Positions 17,842 to 27,519 of a stretch of 64,000 bases of DNA are shown here, piece by piece. The stretch is from a virus. The stretch is from positions 26,553 through 90,552 of IMG/VR virus record IMGVR_UViG_3300047318_000369; one strand, written 5' to 3'. The position numbers were made by a program, and so were the translations under genes. The notes beneath the pieces are model-generated. The model had not been told where the DNA came from. It ran no database searches and was given only the letters and a program-made list of their open reading frames with translations. The number at the start of each line of letters is the position of its first letter. Within the stretch, counting starts at the first letter, position 1.

Positions 17842-18233
17842 AGGCCCTCACCGTCCGGCAACCGTGGGCCGGCGCGATCGCCCATCAGACGAAGAGGGTC
17901 GAGAACCGCACCTGGCAGCTTCCGTCGAAGCACTGGGGTGCCCGCATCCTCATCCACGCCGGAGCGCAGCGGGACCGGTTCGCGGTCGTCTACGGAGACC
18001 ACCTCGACGTGTACTCCGCGATCGTCGCCGTCGCCACGGTCACCGGCTGCCACTACTCGGAGGACGGCCGCTGCTGCGGTCCGTGGGGCGAGGAGAACGT
18101 CTACCACTGGGAGCTGGCCGACGTCACCGCGCTGCCCGAGCCCGTCCCGGCCAAGGGGGCGCTCGGGTTCTGGACGCCCGACGAGGAGACCGTCAACGCC
18201 GCACTCCGGCAGGACACGGGGGTGGCGTGGTGA
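17838..18233 (+). CDS. ASCH-domain protein
   Basis: KALTVRQPWAGAI...KRVENRTW...ILIHAG...PVPAKGALGFW. Confidence 0.88.
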   Translation: MKALTVRQPWAGAIAHQTKRVENRTWQLPSKHWGARILIHAGAQRDRFAVVYGDHLDVYSAIVAVATVTGCHYSEDGRCCGPWGEENVYHWELADVTALPEPVPAKGALGFWTPDEETVNAALRQDTGVAW

Positions 18234-18991
18234 GCCGCTGGTACGTCCGCCAGTCGACGAAGCGCGGCGGCATCCACCCGCCTCGCACCGCCCTCAACCG
18301 CGTCGGTGAGCCGTCGTCGGCGATGCGCCGCCAGGAAGGGCGCATCCGCGAAAAGCAGATCCTCGCCAACTATGTGCAGCTCAAGCCCGGCGTCCTCGTC
18401 ATCTGGGACCGGCAGCCGCACCGCGTTGTCGAACTCGCCGAACGCCCCCTCGACCTGTGGGGCGACAAGCACGAGATGCGGTACGCCACCGCCCTTGAAC
18501 GCTGGGAGCGTCTCGGACATAGGGGCGATCGGCCCGAGAAGGCCACCTGGGACGGCCGCCCCTATGTCTTCGTCCTCCAGCCCGACGGCAAGCCGCACGA
18601 GGAGCCCATCCACCTCATCGGCCCGGCCGACACATCGTGGGACGTCCTCCCCGAGCACTACGCGATCTGCTCGGCCTGCGGCGAACTCCCGCCCTGCCGC
18701 GACGAGCTGAACGAACGCGAAGCCGACCAGCAGGCAGCCAAAGCAGACGTCGTCATGGACATCCCGCCCGGCCACTGCCTCGGCTGCGGCGAGTTCGTCA
18801 CCACCCGCCAGAACGCGGCCCGCTTCCCCGGCCCCAACCTGTGGCGCCCCGACCTGCCCGAAAACTCCGCGGTGTTCCACGCCCGGCAGGAGTGCTCCGG
18901 CGAAGTCGAACGCTACCGGCGCCAGTGGGAAGCCCGCGGCAACAACGACACCCAGCCCAGCCTCTTCGCCGACGAGGAGCCCACCTCATGA
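18230..18991 (+). CDS. Hypothetical protein with two CxxC motifs
   Basis: Coupled ORF; CSACG..PC, CLGCG. Confidence 0.65.
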   Translation: MSRWYVRQSTKRGGIHPPRTALNRVGEPSSAMRRQEGRIREKQILANYVQLKPGVLVIWDRQPHRVVELAERPLDLWGDKHEMRYATALERWERLGHRGDRPEKATWDGRPYVFVLQPDGKPHEEPIHLIGPADTSWDVLPEHYAICSACGELPPCRDELNEREADQQAAKADVVMDIPPGHCLGCGEFVTTRQNAARFPGPNLWRPDLPENSAVFHARQECSGEVERYRRQWEARGNNDTQPSLFADEEPTS

Positions 18992-19395
18992 CCCACATCC
19001 AGCCCGCCTTCGACGGCCCGCACCTCGCCGCCGCAGCCCCGGCCGCCACCCGCCGCGTCATGGACGACTACGAGGCGTGGATCGACGAGGTCACACCGTT
19101 CTACGAGGCCGCCGCCGACACCCGCCAGCCGTTCACGATCGACGAGGTCGCGAGCCGCCACCACCTGCCGGATCCGCCGAAGCCGAAGAGTATGTGGGGC
19201 AGTCTGCCGCGGCGCCTCCTCGACGCCGGGATCATCCAGCACGCCGGCGCCTCCACCTCCGCCCGCGCCGGCTACTCCATGGTCCACCGGTGGATCGGCG
19301 TACCCGCCGCCCACCGCGAAGCCGTCGCCCGGCTGCGGAAAGAGCAGAAGAAGGCCGCCCGGACCGCACGCATGGACGGGCGGAGGGCCGCCTGA
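18988..19395 (+). CDS. Hypothetical protein
   Basis: Coupled ORF. Confidence 0.65.
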   Translation: MTHIQPAFDGPHLAAAAPAATRRVMDDYEAWIDEVTPFYEAAADTRQPFTIDEVASRHHLPDPPKPKSMWGSLPRRLLDAGIIQHAGASTSARAGYSMVHRWIGVPAAHREAVARLRKEQKKAARTARMDGRRAA

Positions 19396-19754
19396 TGAAG
19401 AAGACCATCCGCGACAACTACCGCCTCGAAGTCACCCCCGAAACCTGGGGCTACGGCACCCGCGTCACCGACAGCCACGAAGCCATGCAGCGCCTGCTCA
19501 CCGACCTGGCGAAGGCCGTGACACGGCACGTCGACGGCGTCGAGCAGACCGTGCCGCGCTGGGACACCCGCCAGGAGTGCTCCTTCTGCGGCCTCGGCTG
19601 GGAGGTGCTCACCGCCAAGGAAGCGGCGGACCCGCGCAGCCAGGAAGACGAGCACTCGGTTGAGGGCGAGCCCGTCTGCTGCGAGAAGGCCATCGACGAG
19701 TTCCGGGCCGAGCGCGGGATTCCGGCGCTCGCCGAGACGGGCGGTGCGGCATGA
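19395..19754 (+). CDS. Hypothetical protein
   Basis: Coupled ORF; CSFCG..CC. Confidence 0.6.
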   Translation: MKKTIRDNYRLEVTPETWGYGTRVTDSHEAMQRLLTDLAKAVTRHVDGVEQTVPRWDTRQECSFCGLGWEVLTAKEAADPRSQEDEHSVEGEPVCCEKAIDEFRAERGIPALAETGGAA

Positions 19755-19885
19755 GCCTCGCCGCACACATCGACCCCACCGACCCGCTGCTGGTCGCCAT
19801 CGCCGTCGGCGCCTGCTTCGCCGCCGGTGCAGGCCTCGGCTGGCTCATCAACTGGGCGTACAGGGCCGTCGGGAGGCGGACGTGA
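19751..19885 (+). CDS. Small membrane protein
   Basis: Coupled at both ends, one TM segment. Confidence 0.5.
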   Translation: MSLAAHIDPTDPLLVAIAVGACFAAGAGLGWLINWAYRAVGRRT

Positions 19886-20031
19886 GCCACAACGGCACCC
19901 TCCCCACCGTCGCCAACTGGTACGTCAACCAGCTCGCCACCTACGGCTGGCCCGTCCTCGTCGTCACCGCCATCGCGTGGACCGCCGCCTGGTGCGGCCT
20001 CGGCGTCCTCCTCAACGGGGGGCGGTCATGA
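19882..20031 (+). CDS. Small membrane protein
   Basis: Coupled at both ends, one TM segment. Confidence 0.5.
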   Translation: MSHNGTLPTVANWYVNQLATYGWPVLVVTAIAWTAAWCGLGVLLNGGRS

Positions 20032-20330
20032 ACCCCGACCTGTACGGCGCGTGGCTCACCGCCGGCAACAACCTGCAGCCCGTCGGGGCGTGGCTCGGCC
20101 GGAACTGGATCTGGCTCGCCGCCGCAGTGGTGGCCGCCGGATTCGCCTGGTGGGCGCTGCGGCGGGAACTCCGGGCCGCTGGCGAGCACGTCGCGGCCAT
20201 CCTCGCCGGTCAGCGGCAGCCCGGCACCGACACGGGGCTGTACCTCAAATGCGTCGCCATCTACGGCGACTGCGACGAACTCGACCGACTCCGCGATGCC
20301 ATCGACCAGCACCGGAAGGACATGCCGTGA
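20028..20330 (+). CDS. Membrane protein
   Basis: Coupled ORF; WIWLAAAVVAAGFAWWAL. Confidence 0.55.
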   Translation: MNPDLYGAWLTAGNNLQPVGAWLGRNWIWLAAAVVAAGFAWWALRRELRAAGEHVAAILAGQRQPGTDTGLYLKCVAIYGDCDELDRLRDAIDQHRKDMP

Positions 20331-20710
20331 GCCGCTACGACTGGATGGACAGCGCGGCCTGCGCGCAAGTCGACCCCGAAATCTTCCACCCCACCGGCAA
20401 CCCCACCCGGCAGGCCAAGAACGTGTGCGCCCGCTGCCCCGTCCAACGCCAATGCGCCAGCTTCGCCCACGCCGTCGAAGGCGAAGTCAGCCACCCCCAC
20501 CGGCACGGACTGTGGGCCGGAATGTCCGCCCGCGACCGGGCCGGCCGCGCCGTCGAAGACGCCCGGCTCAAGCGCGACGACACCATCTGGCGGCTCCACA
20601 CCCGCGGCGGCATGACCGCCGACGAAATCGGGGTGGCCGTCGGCTGCGACGCACGCACCGTCTACCGCGTCCTCAAGCAGACCCGCGGCTCCTACAAGGA
20701 GGCCGCGTGA
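20327..20710 (+). CDS. WhiB-family regulator with C-terminal HTH
   Basis: WMDSAAC..DPEIFHP..AKNVCARCPVQRQC..GLWAG; MTADEIGVAVGCDARTVYR. Confidence 0.9.
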   Translation: MSRYDWMDSAACAQVDPEIFHPTGNPTRQAKNVCARCPVQRQCASFAHAVEGEVSHPHRHGLWAGMSARDRAGRAVEDARLKRDDTIWRLHTRGGMTADEIGVAVGCDARTVYRVLKQTRGSYKEAA

Positions 20711-21084
20711 ACACCGCCGACTGGCGCCACCTCGCGGCCTGCCTCGACCACGACCCCGAACTCTTCTTCCCCGTCGGCGACTCCAATGCCGCCCGCCTAC
20801 AGGCAGAGGACGCCAAGAGGATCTGCCACACCTGCCCCGTCGTCGAGCAGTGCGCCCAGTGGGCCATCGACAACCGCATGGAGACCGGCGTGTGGGGCGG
20901 CCTCGACGAAACCCAGCTCCGCAACATCCGCCGCCACCGCACCCCATCACGACGCACACCCGCCCGCTGCGGCACACGGCCCGGCTACAAGCGCCACCAC
21001 CGCGAAGGCACACCCGTCTGCCAGCCCTGCAACGACGCCAACCGGGCTTACGCCAACCAACGACTCCAGAAGGAAGCCGCCTGA
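20707..21084 (+). CDS. WhiB-family regulator
   Basis: WRHLAAC..DPELFFP..AKRICHTCPVVEQC..GVWGG; C-terminal CGT..GY..H..C..C. Confidence 0.92.
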   Translation: MNTADWRHLAACLDHDPELFFPVGDSNAARLQAEDAKRICHTCPVVEQCAQWAIDNRMETGVWGGLDETQLRNIRRHRTPSRRTPARCGTRPGYKRHHREGTPVCQPCNDANRAYANQRLQKEAA

Positions 21085-22553
21085 TGATCACCCTGACCGA
21101 CCTGTTCTGTGGGGCTGGCGGCTCCTCCACGGGCGCCATCCAGATCCCGGGCGTGGAAGTCGTCATGGCTGCGAACCACTCCCGGCACGCCATCGACACC
21201 CACCAGGCCAACCACCCCGAAACCCGACACGACTGCGCCGACATCAGCCAGGTCGTCCCCGGCCGCTACCCCGCCACGGACATCCTGTGGGCCTCCCCGG
21301 AGTGCACCAACCACTCCGTCGCGAAGGGCAAGAAGCGGGACCACGGCGAGTGGGACGACGGCCTGTTCGCCCCCGACGGCGTCAGCGAGGCAGAGATCCG
21401 CTCCCGCGCCACCATGTGGGACGTCCCACGCTTCTGCGAAGAGCACGCATACCGCATCGTCATCGTCGAGAACGTCGTCGACTCCCGCTGGTGGGGACCC
21501 AAGTCACGGCCCGGAGCGATCTACGAGTCGTGGCTGCACACCATGCGGCACGGCCTCGGCTACTCCCACAAAGCCGTCTACCTCAACAGCATGTTCGCCG
21601 CCATGCTCGGCGACGGCGCCGCCCAGTCCCGCGACCGCAAGTACGACGTGTTCTGGCTCCCCGAGAAGGTCGAGCACGCCCCCGACTTCGACAAGTGGCT
21701 GCGGCCCACCGCCAGCTGCCCCATGCACGGTCCAGTCCGGGCGATCCAGTCCTGGAAGACAACGAAGATGTGCTCGCCAACCCGACCGTGGGGCCGGTAC
21801 GGCAAGACCGGCCAGTACATGTGGCGCTGCCCGCAAGTCGCCTGCCGCAACGCCATCGTCACCCCCACAGTCCGGGCCGCCTCCCAGATCATCGACTGGG
21901 GACTGCCCGCCCGCACCATCGGCGAACGCAAGGGCACCAAAGACGAGTTGGCGGCCAACACCCTGCGCCGCATCAACGCCGGATACGAGAAGTTCTCCCG
22001 CCCATTCCTCGTCCCGAACGAGGGCCGCGAGAAGCCCCCGATGGACATCCTCGACCCGCTGCGCACCGTCACCACCCGCAACGAGACCGGCGTCGCCCTG
22101 CCGCCCTACATGGTGGAACTCCGCGGCGGCGGATCCTCCCACCGCGCCATCACCGAACCGCTGTCCACAGTCACCGCAGGCGGCAACCACCACTTCCTGG
22201 TGAGCGCCCCCGACATGGTCCTGCCGTACTACAGCAGCAGCATCGCCCAGCCGGCCGCGCAACCACTCGGCACCGTCACAACCGTCGAGGGCCACGCCGC
22301 GGTGTATGGGGGCCGGGTGCGATCGGTCGACGACTGCCGCTACCGGATGTTGGAGCCGCACGAGTACCAGGCGGCGATGCACTTCCCCAAGGGGTACATC
22401 CTCACCCCGGCCGATAAGCGCACCAAGGTCAAGATGCTCGGCAATGCCGTCACGCCGAACGCCGCCCGCGACCTAGTCGCGATGGCCGTCGAAGCACTCA
22501 CCGGCGAAGACATCGAGTGCCCCACCGCGCCGCAACTCGCAGCCGCCGCATGA
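21084..22553 (+). CDS. DNA (cytosine-5)-methyltransferase
   Basis: Motif I DLFCGAGG, IV SPEC, VI ENV, VIII QSRDR, X GNAV. Confidence 0.92.
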   Translation: MITLTDLFCGAGGSSTGAIQIPGVEVVMAANHSRHAIDTHQANHPETRHDCADISQVVPGRYPATDILWASPECTNHSVAKGKKRDHGEWDDGLFAPDGVSEAEIRSRATMWDVPRFCEEHAYRIVIVENVVDSRWWGPKSRPGAIYESWLHTMRHGLGYSHKAVYLNSMFAAMLGDGAAQSRDRKYDVFWLPEKVEHAPDFDKWLRPTASCPMHGPVRAIQSWKTTKMCSPTRPWGRYGKTGQYMWRCPQVACRNAIVTPTVRAASQIIDWGLPARTIGERKGTKDELAANTLRRINAGYEKFSRPFLVPNEGREKPPMDILDPLRTVTTRNETGVALPPYMVELRGGGSSHRAITEPLSTVTAGGNHHFLVSAPDMVLPYYSSSIAQPAAQPLGTVTTVEGHAAVYGGRVRSVDDCRYRMLEPHEYQAAMHFPKGYILTPADKRTKVKMLGNAVTPNAARDLVAMAVEALTGEDIECPTAPQLAAAA

Positions 22554-22675
22554 CCGCCCGCCCCCCACCGGCGCGCCGGGCCCTGACACCCATCCCGCAC
22601 ACCAGCCGGACATGCACCCCAAGGCAGACATAGCGAAGCCCCGCCGAGGCGGGGCTGGGAGGAGACGAGGTGACG

Positions 22676-22963
22676 TCAGTCGGAAGTGCCGGCCATGACG
22701 CCGTCGTACAGGTCGGCGTAGTGCGCGCGGAAGGTGTTCGCGACCGACGTGTCCTCGTCGAAGACGGTGCGGAGCTGGGCAACCAGGGCCGCTTGAGCCT
22801 TCGCCTGCTCGTAGAAGTCCATGCCGACCAGGACGACGACCTGCTTGCCGCGGGACGTGAGCACGGTCGTCTCGTCGAAGTAGCGGGCCCTCTCGATCGC
22901 CTCAGCGAGCGAGTTCCGTACCTCGGCGATCGACTTCTGGTGCTCCTTCTTCGGCGCGGTCAT
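22676..22963 (-). CDS. Phd/YefM-family antitoxin-like protein (no adjacent toxin)
   Basis: SIAEVRNSLAEAIERA...TTVLTSRGKQVVVLV. Confidence 0.75.
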   Translation of the reverse strand: MTAPKKEHQKSIAEVRNSLAEAIERARYFDETTVLTSRGKQVVVLVGMDFYEQAKAQAALVAQLRTVFDEDTSVANTFRAHYADLYDGVMAGTSD

Positions 22964-23120
22964 GTCCGGAGTGTACCTCAGGATCATGGTGTACATGAGC
23001 GCGTTCAACGCTATGATGTACATGAACCCGTGATGCATGGGACGGGAGTCCTCATGCCCCCGTAGGCGGCGCAACTTTCCCTGCCCTACGACCAATGCGA
23101 ACTCCCGAGAGAAGAGACAG

Positions 23121-24023
23121 ATGGGTTACGAGCTGCGCCGGCAAATGCGCGAAGCGCTGGGGCCGGAGATCACTGGTCTTCAGCGTGCTGTCGCGCTGGA
23201 GATCGCCGACGACGCGAATGAGCGGACGCGGCGCAGCTGGGTGGCCCTTGAAGACCTTGCCCGCTGGACCGGCGCCAAGGACGGCAGCGTCGTCCGCAAC
23301 GCCCTCAAGCGGCTCGCCGCAGCCGGATGGGAGTTCCGCGTGCCGATCGGAAAGGGGAAAGACGGACGCGCGCTGTACGCCGTACCCGGCACCCGGATGA
23401 CCTTCTTGGTGCCTCACTTCGAAGGGGGAGCAGGGGCTACCCCTTCCGTGAATAAGGGAGAGCCAGGGCTACCCCAAGGGGGAGCCGCCGCTACCCCTTC
23501 GAAGCCACAAGGGGGAGCAGGGGCTCACTCAGAAGGTGCCACGGCTCCTTCAGAAGGTGCCGTGGCTCCCCCCTTCTCCTCAGACTCCTCAGACTCAAAG
23601 AAGCTAGCTAGCCAGCAGGCCGCCGCGAGTGAACCCGACTACGGCATCCCGGATGAGGTCCGGCCGCTCATCAACGGCATCGCCGCCGCAGGAGTCAACG
23701 TTCGCTGGCCCTTCCGCGGCAACGACTGGTTCCCGCTGATCGCGCTCATCCGGAAATCCGGCGCCAGCGCGATGGTCGACGTTGCAATCAAGATCGCCAA
23801 GCGCACATCCGTCGACTCGGCCCGCTACTTCCTCCCCGCCTGGACGGACCTGGCGCCGCTGCCCCCCGCCGACTTCCCCCGGCCAGTCCTGCATGCCGTA
23901 CCCGACGAGCACCTGTCCACAGCAGACCAGCGTGTCGCTGTCGGCCAGGCCCTCGCCGCCAAGTTCCGCGAGGAAGAACGCCTCGCCCTAGAAGCCGGCC
24001 ACGCCAATCAGGAGCCCGCATGA
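23121..24023 (+). CDS. Phage replication initiator (wHTH)
   Basis: N-terminal wHTH (LEDLARWTG..VVRNALKRL), central repetitive linker, upstream of helicase. Confidence 0.7.
   Translation: MGYELRRQMREALGPEITGLQRAVALEIADDANERTRRSWVALEDLARWTGAKDGSVVRNALKRLAAAGWEFRVPIGKGKDGRALYAVPGTRMTFLVPHFEGGAGATPSVNKGEPGLPQGGAAATPSKPQGGAGAHSEGATAPSEGAVAPPFSSDSSDSKKLASQQAAASEPDYGIPDEVRPLINGIAAAGVNVRWPFRGNDWFPLIALIRKSGASAMVDVAIKIAKRTSVDSARYFLPAWTDLAPLPPADFPRPVLHAVPDEHLSTADQRVAVGQALAAKFREEERLALEAGHANQEPA
23422..23570 (+). repeat. Iteron-like repeats within initiator gene (putative ori)
   Basis: 22-bp AAGGGRGAGCNNNNGCTACCCC-type repeats at 23422, 23454, 23476, 23509, plus AGAAGGTGCCRYGGCTCC x2. Confidence 0.65.
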
Positions 24024-24262
24024 CCCTCGCCGAAACCGCCGACCTGCTGTCGATCGCAGCCGCAGTCGATAAGCGCACGCTCGGCGAATCCGACGTCCGC
24101 GCCTGGCAGATGGTCCTCGACGACATCCCCCTTGACGCCGCGAAGGAAGCCCTCCGCGCCCACTACCGCGAGACCACGAAGCACGTCATGCCGGCCGACA
24201 TCGTCCGCCGCGTGAAGCCCAAGTCCGGTTACGAGTCCAACGTCGAGAAGGGGATCTTCTAA
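24020..24262 (+). CDS. Putative helicase loader/inhibitor
   Basis: Between initiator and helicase; D.RT..E.DV.AW..L..I..A..A..HY......MPADI. Confidence 0.6.
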   Translation: MTLAETADLLSIAAAVDKRTLGESDVRAWQMVLDDIPLDAAKEALRAHYRETTKHVMPADIVRRVKPKSGYESNVEKGIF

Positions 24263-25585
24263 GTGCCCGACGATCTCGACTCCGACTTCGGCGTCCCGTT
24301 CGAACGTGTCCCGCCGCACGACGCTTACGCCGAACAGGCAGCGCTCGGCGCCTGCATGCTTTCGCCGGCCGCCTGCGCCGAAGTCCTTGCCGCCGTCGCG
24401 CCGGAAGCGTTCTACCGGCCGCAGCACGTCACGATCTACCACGCGGTCGCCAACCTGTTCCTGGCCGGCGAGCCAGTCGATCAGATCACCCTGGCGAAAT
24501 ACCTCGGCGACTGCGGGGACCTCACCCGGATCGGCGGCCCCGCCTACCTGTCCGAGCTGGTGCGGGCCGTACCAACCGCAGCGAACGGCGAGTACTACGC
24601 CGACATCGTTCAGGACCGCGGCCTGCGCAGGTCCGTGATCGAACTCGGTGCGCGTCTCGTACAGATGGGCTACAGCCCTGACGGCGAGACCGCCGAGATC
24701 ATCGAACGCGCCGTGACGATGTCCCGCGAACTCCGTGACCGCAGCGGCGAGGACGACGACCTTCCGGCCGAGGACATCCTCGACTTCGTCCAGCACGAGG
24801 ACACCTACGACTGGATCGTGCCCGGGCTGCTGGAGCGCATGGATCGCATGATCCTTACGGCGGGCGAGGGTGGCGGGAAAAGTGTTTTGCTTCGGCAGAT
24901 CGCCGTCACGCTCGCCGCGGGCATCCACCCGTTCGAGACGTGGAAGACGATCGACCCGATCAGGGTGCTGGCTCTCGACTGTGAGAACGGTGAGGCCGCG
25001 TCCCGCCGCAAGTTTCGGCCGCTGCTCGACGCCGCCGCCAGCCTTGAGCGCCCCGTCGGCCGCGGCCAGTTCCACATCCGCTGCCGGCCCGAAGGCCTCG
25101 ACCTCACGCGCCCGCAGGACCGGTCGTGGGTGATGCGCCGTGTCGAGGACTTCAAGCCCGACCTGCTGATCGTCGGCCCGATCTACCGCCTGCACGCCGG
25201 CGACCCCAACTCGGAAGAGCTCGCCCGCAAGGTGTCCGTCGTCCTCGACGAAGCCCGCGCCACCGCGGGCTGCGCCGTGTTCATGGAGGCCCACAGCCCG
25301 CACCACAACGGCTTCGGGCAGCACCGCACCCTGCGCCCCGTCGGCTCCTCGCTGTGGATGCGCTGGCCCGAGTTCGGCTTCGGGCTGCGGCCCGTCGAGG
25401 ACGCGAAGTCCGCCGAAGACGGCGACGGCGCCCGCGGCCGGCGCTTCCTGCCCTGGCGCGGCATGCGCGACGAGCGCAACTGGCCGCAATTCATCAAGCA
25501 GGGCGAGAAGTGGCCCTGGATGTCCTACCGCCCCGTCGACACCAACGAATTCACGGGCCACTCCGAGACAGGAGCCATCTGGTGA
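24263..25585 (+). CDS. DnaB-like replicative helicase (DnaB N-domain plus RecA-like ATPase)
   Basis: PPHD..AEQAALGACML..FYRPQH..GGPAYLSEL; Walker A GEGGGKS. Confidence 0.88.
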   Translation: MPDDLDSDFGVPFERVPPHDAYAEQAALGACMLSPAACAEVLAAVAPEAFYRPQHVTIYHAVANLFLAGEPVDQITLAKYLGDCGDLTRIGGPAYLSELVRAVPTAANGEYYADIVQDRGLRRSVIELGARLVQMGYSPDGETAEIIERAVTMSRELRDRSGEDDDLPAEDILDFVQHEDTYDWIVPGLLERMDRMILTAGEGGGKSVLLRQIAVTLAAGIHPFETWKTIDPIRVLALDCENGEAASRRKFRPLLDAAASLERPVGRGQFHIRCRPEGLDLTRPQDRSWVMRRVEDFKPDLLIVGPIYRLHAGDPNSEELARKVSVVLDEARATAGCAVFMEAHSPHHNGFGQHRTLRPVGSSLWMRWPEFGFGLRPVEDAKSAEDGDGARGRRFLPWRGMRDERNWPQFIKQGEKWPWMSYRPVDTNEFTGHSETGAIW

Positions 25586-25851
25586 CCGACTTTCCGCCCT
25601 ACAGCGACACCTGCGAGGAATGCCTCGCCGCCACCCGCACCGTCGTGCGACCCGCCATGGCACTGCCGGACGGTGACGGCGGGCTCATAGCCGCCTACCG
25701 CTGCCCGGCCTGCGGCCACACCTGGACCTGCTCCTGGGGGCTCCAGGCCGGCCCCCGCCCACCGGAAGTGCCCGCGGACCCGGTCGGCCTGGAAGACCTC
25801 GTCGCGCAGCTCCACATCCGACTGGCCACCCAACCGCCGCGCACCGCCTGA
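25582..25851 (+). CDS. Zn-ribbon hypothetical protein
   Basis: CEEC...YRCPACGHTW. Confidence 0.6.
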   Translation: MTDFPPYSDTCEECLAATRTVVRPAMALPDGDGGLIAAYRCPACGHTWTCSWGLQAGPRPPEVPADPVGLEDLVAQLHIRLATQPPRTA

Positions 25852-25861
25852 GAGGGATGCC

Positions 25862-26584
25862 ATGACCGACACGATCATCACCTGGCCCGCCCACACGCTG
25901 GAGCCGATCCCCGTCCCGCTGCCACGTCTCGGCTTGTGCGGCCCGTGCGGGCAGGAGGTCCGCCTCCGCAACAACGGCCTGCTGTACGCGCACCCCTGCT
26001 ACGACGACACCCAGCGCATGCCCACCGCGGTCCTGCGGCCGACGTTCGCCCGCTGGCTGCACGCCCAGTCGAAGCGCCGCGACGACTACACGAACCGGCT
26101 GACGCTGCTCGCCGGCCGCCTCTTCCGGGGCTGCACCCGGGCGCGCAAGTTGGACCCGGGCGACATGGAGTGGGCGACCGCCGAGGAGCTGCACGGCCAC
26201 ATGCACCTCGTGCAGCTGGCCCGGACTGGCAGCGATCTGCGCAGTCCTCAGGCGGGGGAGCGATGCGACTCGATGTGCCGGGACATCGTCGAAGCTGACG
26301 CCGTCTACCAGCAGTTGATTGCCGACGCCGGTGACTCGATCGACGTCGCAGCCGGCCCGATCGTCCGCGTCCGCTACCACCCGACCGGCTGGGTGATGCG
26401 CGACTACACCGACCTGGAGTCGTGCACCAGCAACCACTTCCGCGCCCAGGACGGCCGCCCGGCCTGCACCACCCGAGCCGTGTGGAAGGTCGTCGAGGAC
26501 CACGGCATGCACCTGACCCTCAGCTTCTGGTGCGACGCCGACCTGCCCGAGCAGCACAAGGCGCAGCAAGGGGTGGCCGCATGA
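25862..26584 (+). CDS. Hypothetical protein
   Basis: 240-aa ORF, GAGAGGG RBS. Confidence 0.65.
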   Translation: MTDTIITWPAHTLEPIPVPLPRLGLCGPCGQEVRLRNNGLLYAHPCYDDTQRMPTAVLRPTFARWLHAQSKRRDDYTNRLTLLAGRLFRGCTRARKLDPGDMEWATAEELHGHMHLVQLARTGSDLRSPQAGERCDSMCRDIVEADAVYQQLIADAGDSIDVAAGPIVRVRYHPTGWVMRDYTDLESCTSNHFRAQDGRPACTTRAVWKVVEDHGMHLTLSFWCDADLPEQHKAQQGVAA

Positions 26585-26829
26585 CCGACCAGCCCACCGT
26601 GGCCATGAGCCCCGACGAACTCGCCATCGAACTCTTCACCACCAGCCAAGTCGTCACCGGCCGAGGCGAAGCCGAACGCCTGCTGAGGCAGGTCAAGAAC
26701 CGGCACGCGCACGAACTCGCCGAGCAGCAGCGGACCGATGCCGCGCTCCGCGGCACCGAAGGCGAGACCGAACTCGCCGAGTACGGCCGCGAACTGGCCG
26801 ACCTCATCGACCCGGAGGCCGCCCGATGA
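26581..26829 (+). CDS. Hypothetical protein (paralog of 53682..53915)
   Basis: AHELAEQ..R and A.LIDPE motifs. Confidence 0.6.
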   Translation: MTDQPTVAMSPDELAIELFTTSQVVTGRGEAERLLRQVKNRHAHELAEQQRTDAALRGTEGETELAEYGRELADLIDPEAAR

Positions 26830-26897
26830 CCCCCGCCACCCCCGCCCCGCACCGCGACAGCACCGCCGCCTGACCACCCACCGAAGGAGAAATCCGC

Positions 26898-27320
26898 ATG
26901 GCCGAGACCGAGACCACACCCCGCCTCGCTACAGCCCTCACCGTCTGGCAGGCGTGGTGGGAGGACCGCGACATGTGGGACGGCAACGAGATGTACCTCG
27001 ACTTCGACACCGCCAAGACTCATGCCGCGTTCAGCTACGAGGCCGACGAATACCCCGAGCCCGAGGACCGCGACGAGACCGTCCGGCCCGACTTCTCGTG
27101 GGAGTTCGGCTACGGCCAGTGGATGCTCCTCGACCACGGCAAAGACACCCTCGTCCGCGTCTCCCGCCGAACCGTGTACCGCCCGGCAACCGAGCGGGAG
27201 GTTCAGCAGCAGGACGCGCTGATGGCTGCCGAGCGTGACGCCCGGGTCGCCTACCCGCACCTGCCGACACGCGAGGCGATGGCGGCCATGCAGCCGACAA
27301 GGCGGCTTGCTGATGCCTGA
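26898..27320 (+). CDS. Hypothetical protein
   Basis: GAAGGAG RBS. Confidence 0.65.
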   Translation: MAETETTPRLATALTVWQAWWEDRDMWDGNEMYLDFDTAKTHAAFSYEADEYPEPEDRDETVRPDFSWEFGYGQWMLLDHGKDTLVRVSRRTVYRPATEREVQQQDALMAAERDARVAYPHLPTREAMAAMQPTRRLADA

Positions 27321-27519
27321 CCGCGCAACCCGCACCCCGCCTCCCCGCCGCCAGTCGACGCGCAAGTACTTGACGCCCGCAGCCGAGCGGATCATCGCCG
27401 ACTGCCACCCCGGCCAGGTGCTGGCTGCCGTCATCGAGCGGGCGGTGCGCCTGATGGCGGTGCGGGACGGGCTGCTGACGCCGAAGACGGGCAAACCGCG
27501 GGCGAAGGGCGGCGCTTGA
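27313..27519 (+). CDS. Hypothetical protein
   Basis: Overlapping operon ORF. Confidence 0.5.
   Translation: MPDRATRTPPPRRQSTRKYLTPAAERIIADCHPGQVLAAVIERAVRLMAVRDGLLTPKTGKPRAKGGA

Noticed and set aside
16967-18229. 5' extension of the 674-aa ORF
   Set aside because: It overlaps three better-supported genes; the real gene likely starts at 18230
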